A DNA stretch of 64,000 bases from an uncultured Candidatus Saccharibacteria bacterium (GTDB lineage: Bacteria > Patescibacteriota > Saccharimonadia > Saccharimonadales > JALRHH01). Where the stretch lies: positions 66,609 through 130,608 of the forward strand of contig CAZXDT010000002.1 in NCBI GenBank assembly GCA_964639295.1, read 5' to 3'. Shown piece after piece: positions 63,852-64,000 of this stretch (positions within the stretch are counted from its first letter, which is position 1; every line of letters starts with the position of its first letter). The notes beneath the pieces were generated by a model. The model did not search any database. It worked only from the letters and a program-made list of their open reading frames with translations, and was not told the origin of the DNA. Made by a program: the position numbers and the translations under genes.

Positions 63852-64000
63852 ATGAAAAGCGTTTTAATCTTGTATCCTCATCAACTTTTTCCTGTGCAGG
63901 AATTACCCCAGGTTGATGCGGTCATATTAGTCGAAGAACCTCTGTTATTTGGCATGGACAATGAGCATCGCATGCGCTTGCATAAGCAAAAGATCATTCT
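63852..64000 (+). CDS. Cryptochrome/photolyase-related protein, N-terminal fragment (runs off the window)
   Basis: MKSVLILYPHQLFP...VILVEEPLLFG...RLHKQKII resembles the N-terminus of the photolyase-related family. Only 49 codons are visible. Confidence 0.4.
   Translation, partial: MKSVLILYPHQLFPVQELPQVDAVILVEEPLLFGMDNEHRMRLHKQKII

Overview
The gene content suggests the replication-origin region of a small, gene-dense, monoderm-type Patescibacteria/CPR genome. Candidatus Saccharibacteria (TM7) fits best, but this is inference, not a database hit. Supporting content: tiny housekeeping genes, a CDP-archaeol-synthase homologue, a type IV pilin, and a minimal T4SS with CPR-style pilins. The backbone is the canonical origin block: rpmH-rnpA-yidC-jag on the minus strand, then dnaA-dnaN-recF on the plus strand, with DnaA-box clusters on both sides of dnaA. 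Housekeeping genes include valS, argS, tsaD, a murE-like ligase, groES/groEL with a CIRCE operator, hsp20, comFC, ino1, tRNA-Ser x2 and tRNA-Arg.

The main candidate system is an ~18 kb type-IV-secretion-like locus (11.86-29.97 kb) directly after recF. A ~15 kb translationally coupled minus-strand operon encodes:
- a VirB6-like polytopic protein whose C-terminus is a phage tail-fibre / endosialidase-type self-cleaving S74 intramolecular chaperone domain;
- a PrgI/VirB3-like protein;
- a VirB4 ATPase;
- a PQ-rich accessory protein;
- a 1274-aa membrane protein with EEP (nuclease/phosphatase) and CHAP domains;
- a lysozyme + SGNH + LAS-metallopeptidase wall hydrolase.
It diverges from six tandem VirB2/TrbC-like pilin paralogues. 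I see no relaxase, VirD4, VirB11 or integrase in the window. A four-helix-bundle (23S-IVS/Avd-family) gene bounded by inverted heptamer-repeat arrays is inserted inside this operon.

Two visibly high-GC islands (46.9-48.45 kb and 52.0-53.45 kb) carry orphan genes followed by long hairpins that lack U-tracts. One gene is bracketed by a perfect 14-bp inverted repeat. This suggests horizontal acquisition, plausibly from a high-GC (actinobacterial) donor. All functional calls rest on motifs I read in the translations. No searches were run.
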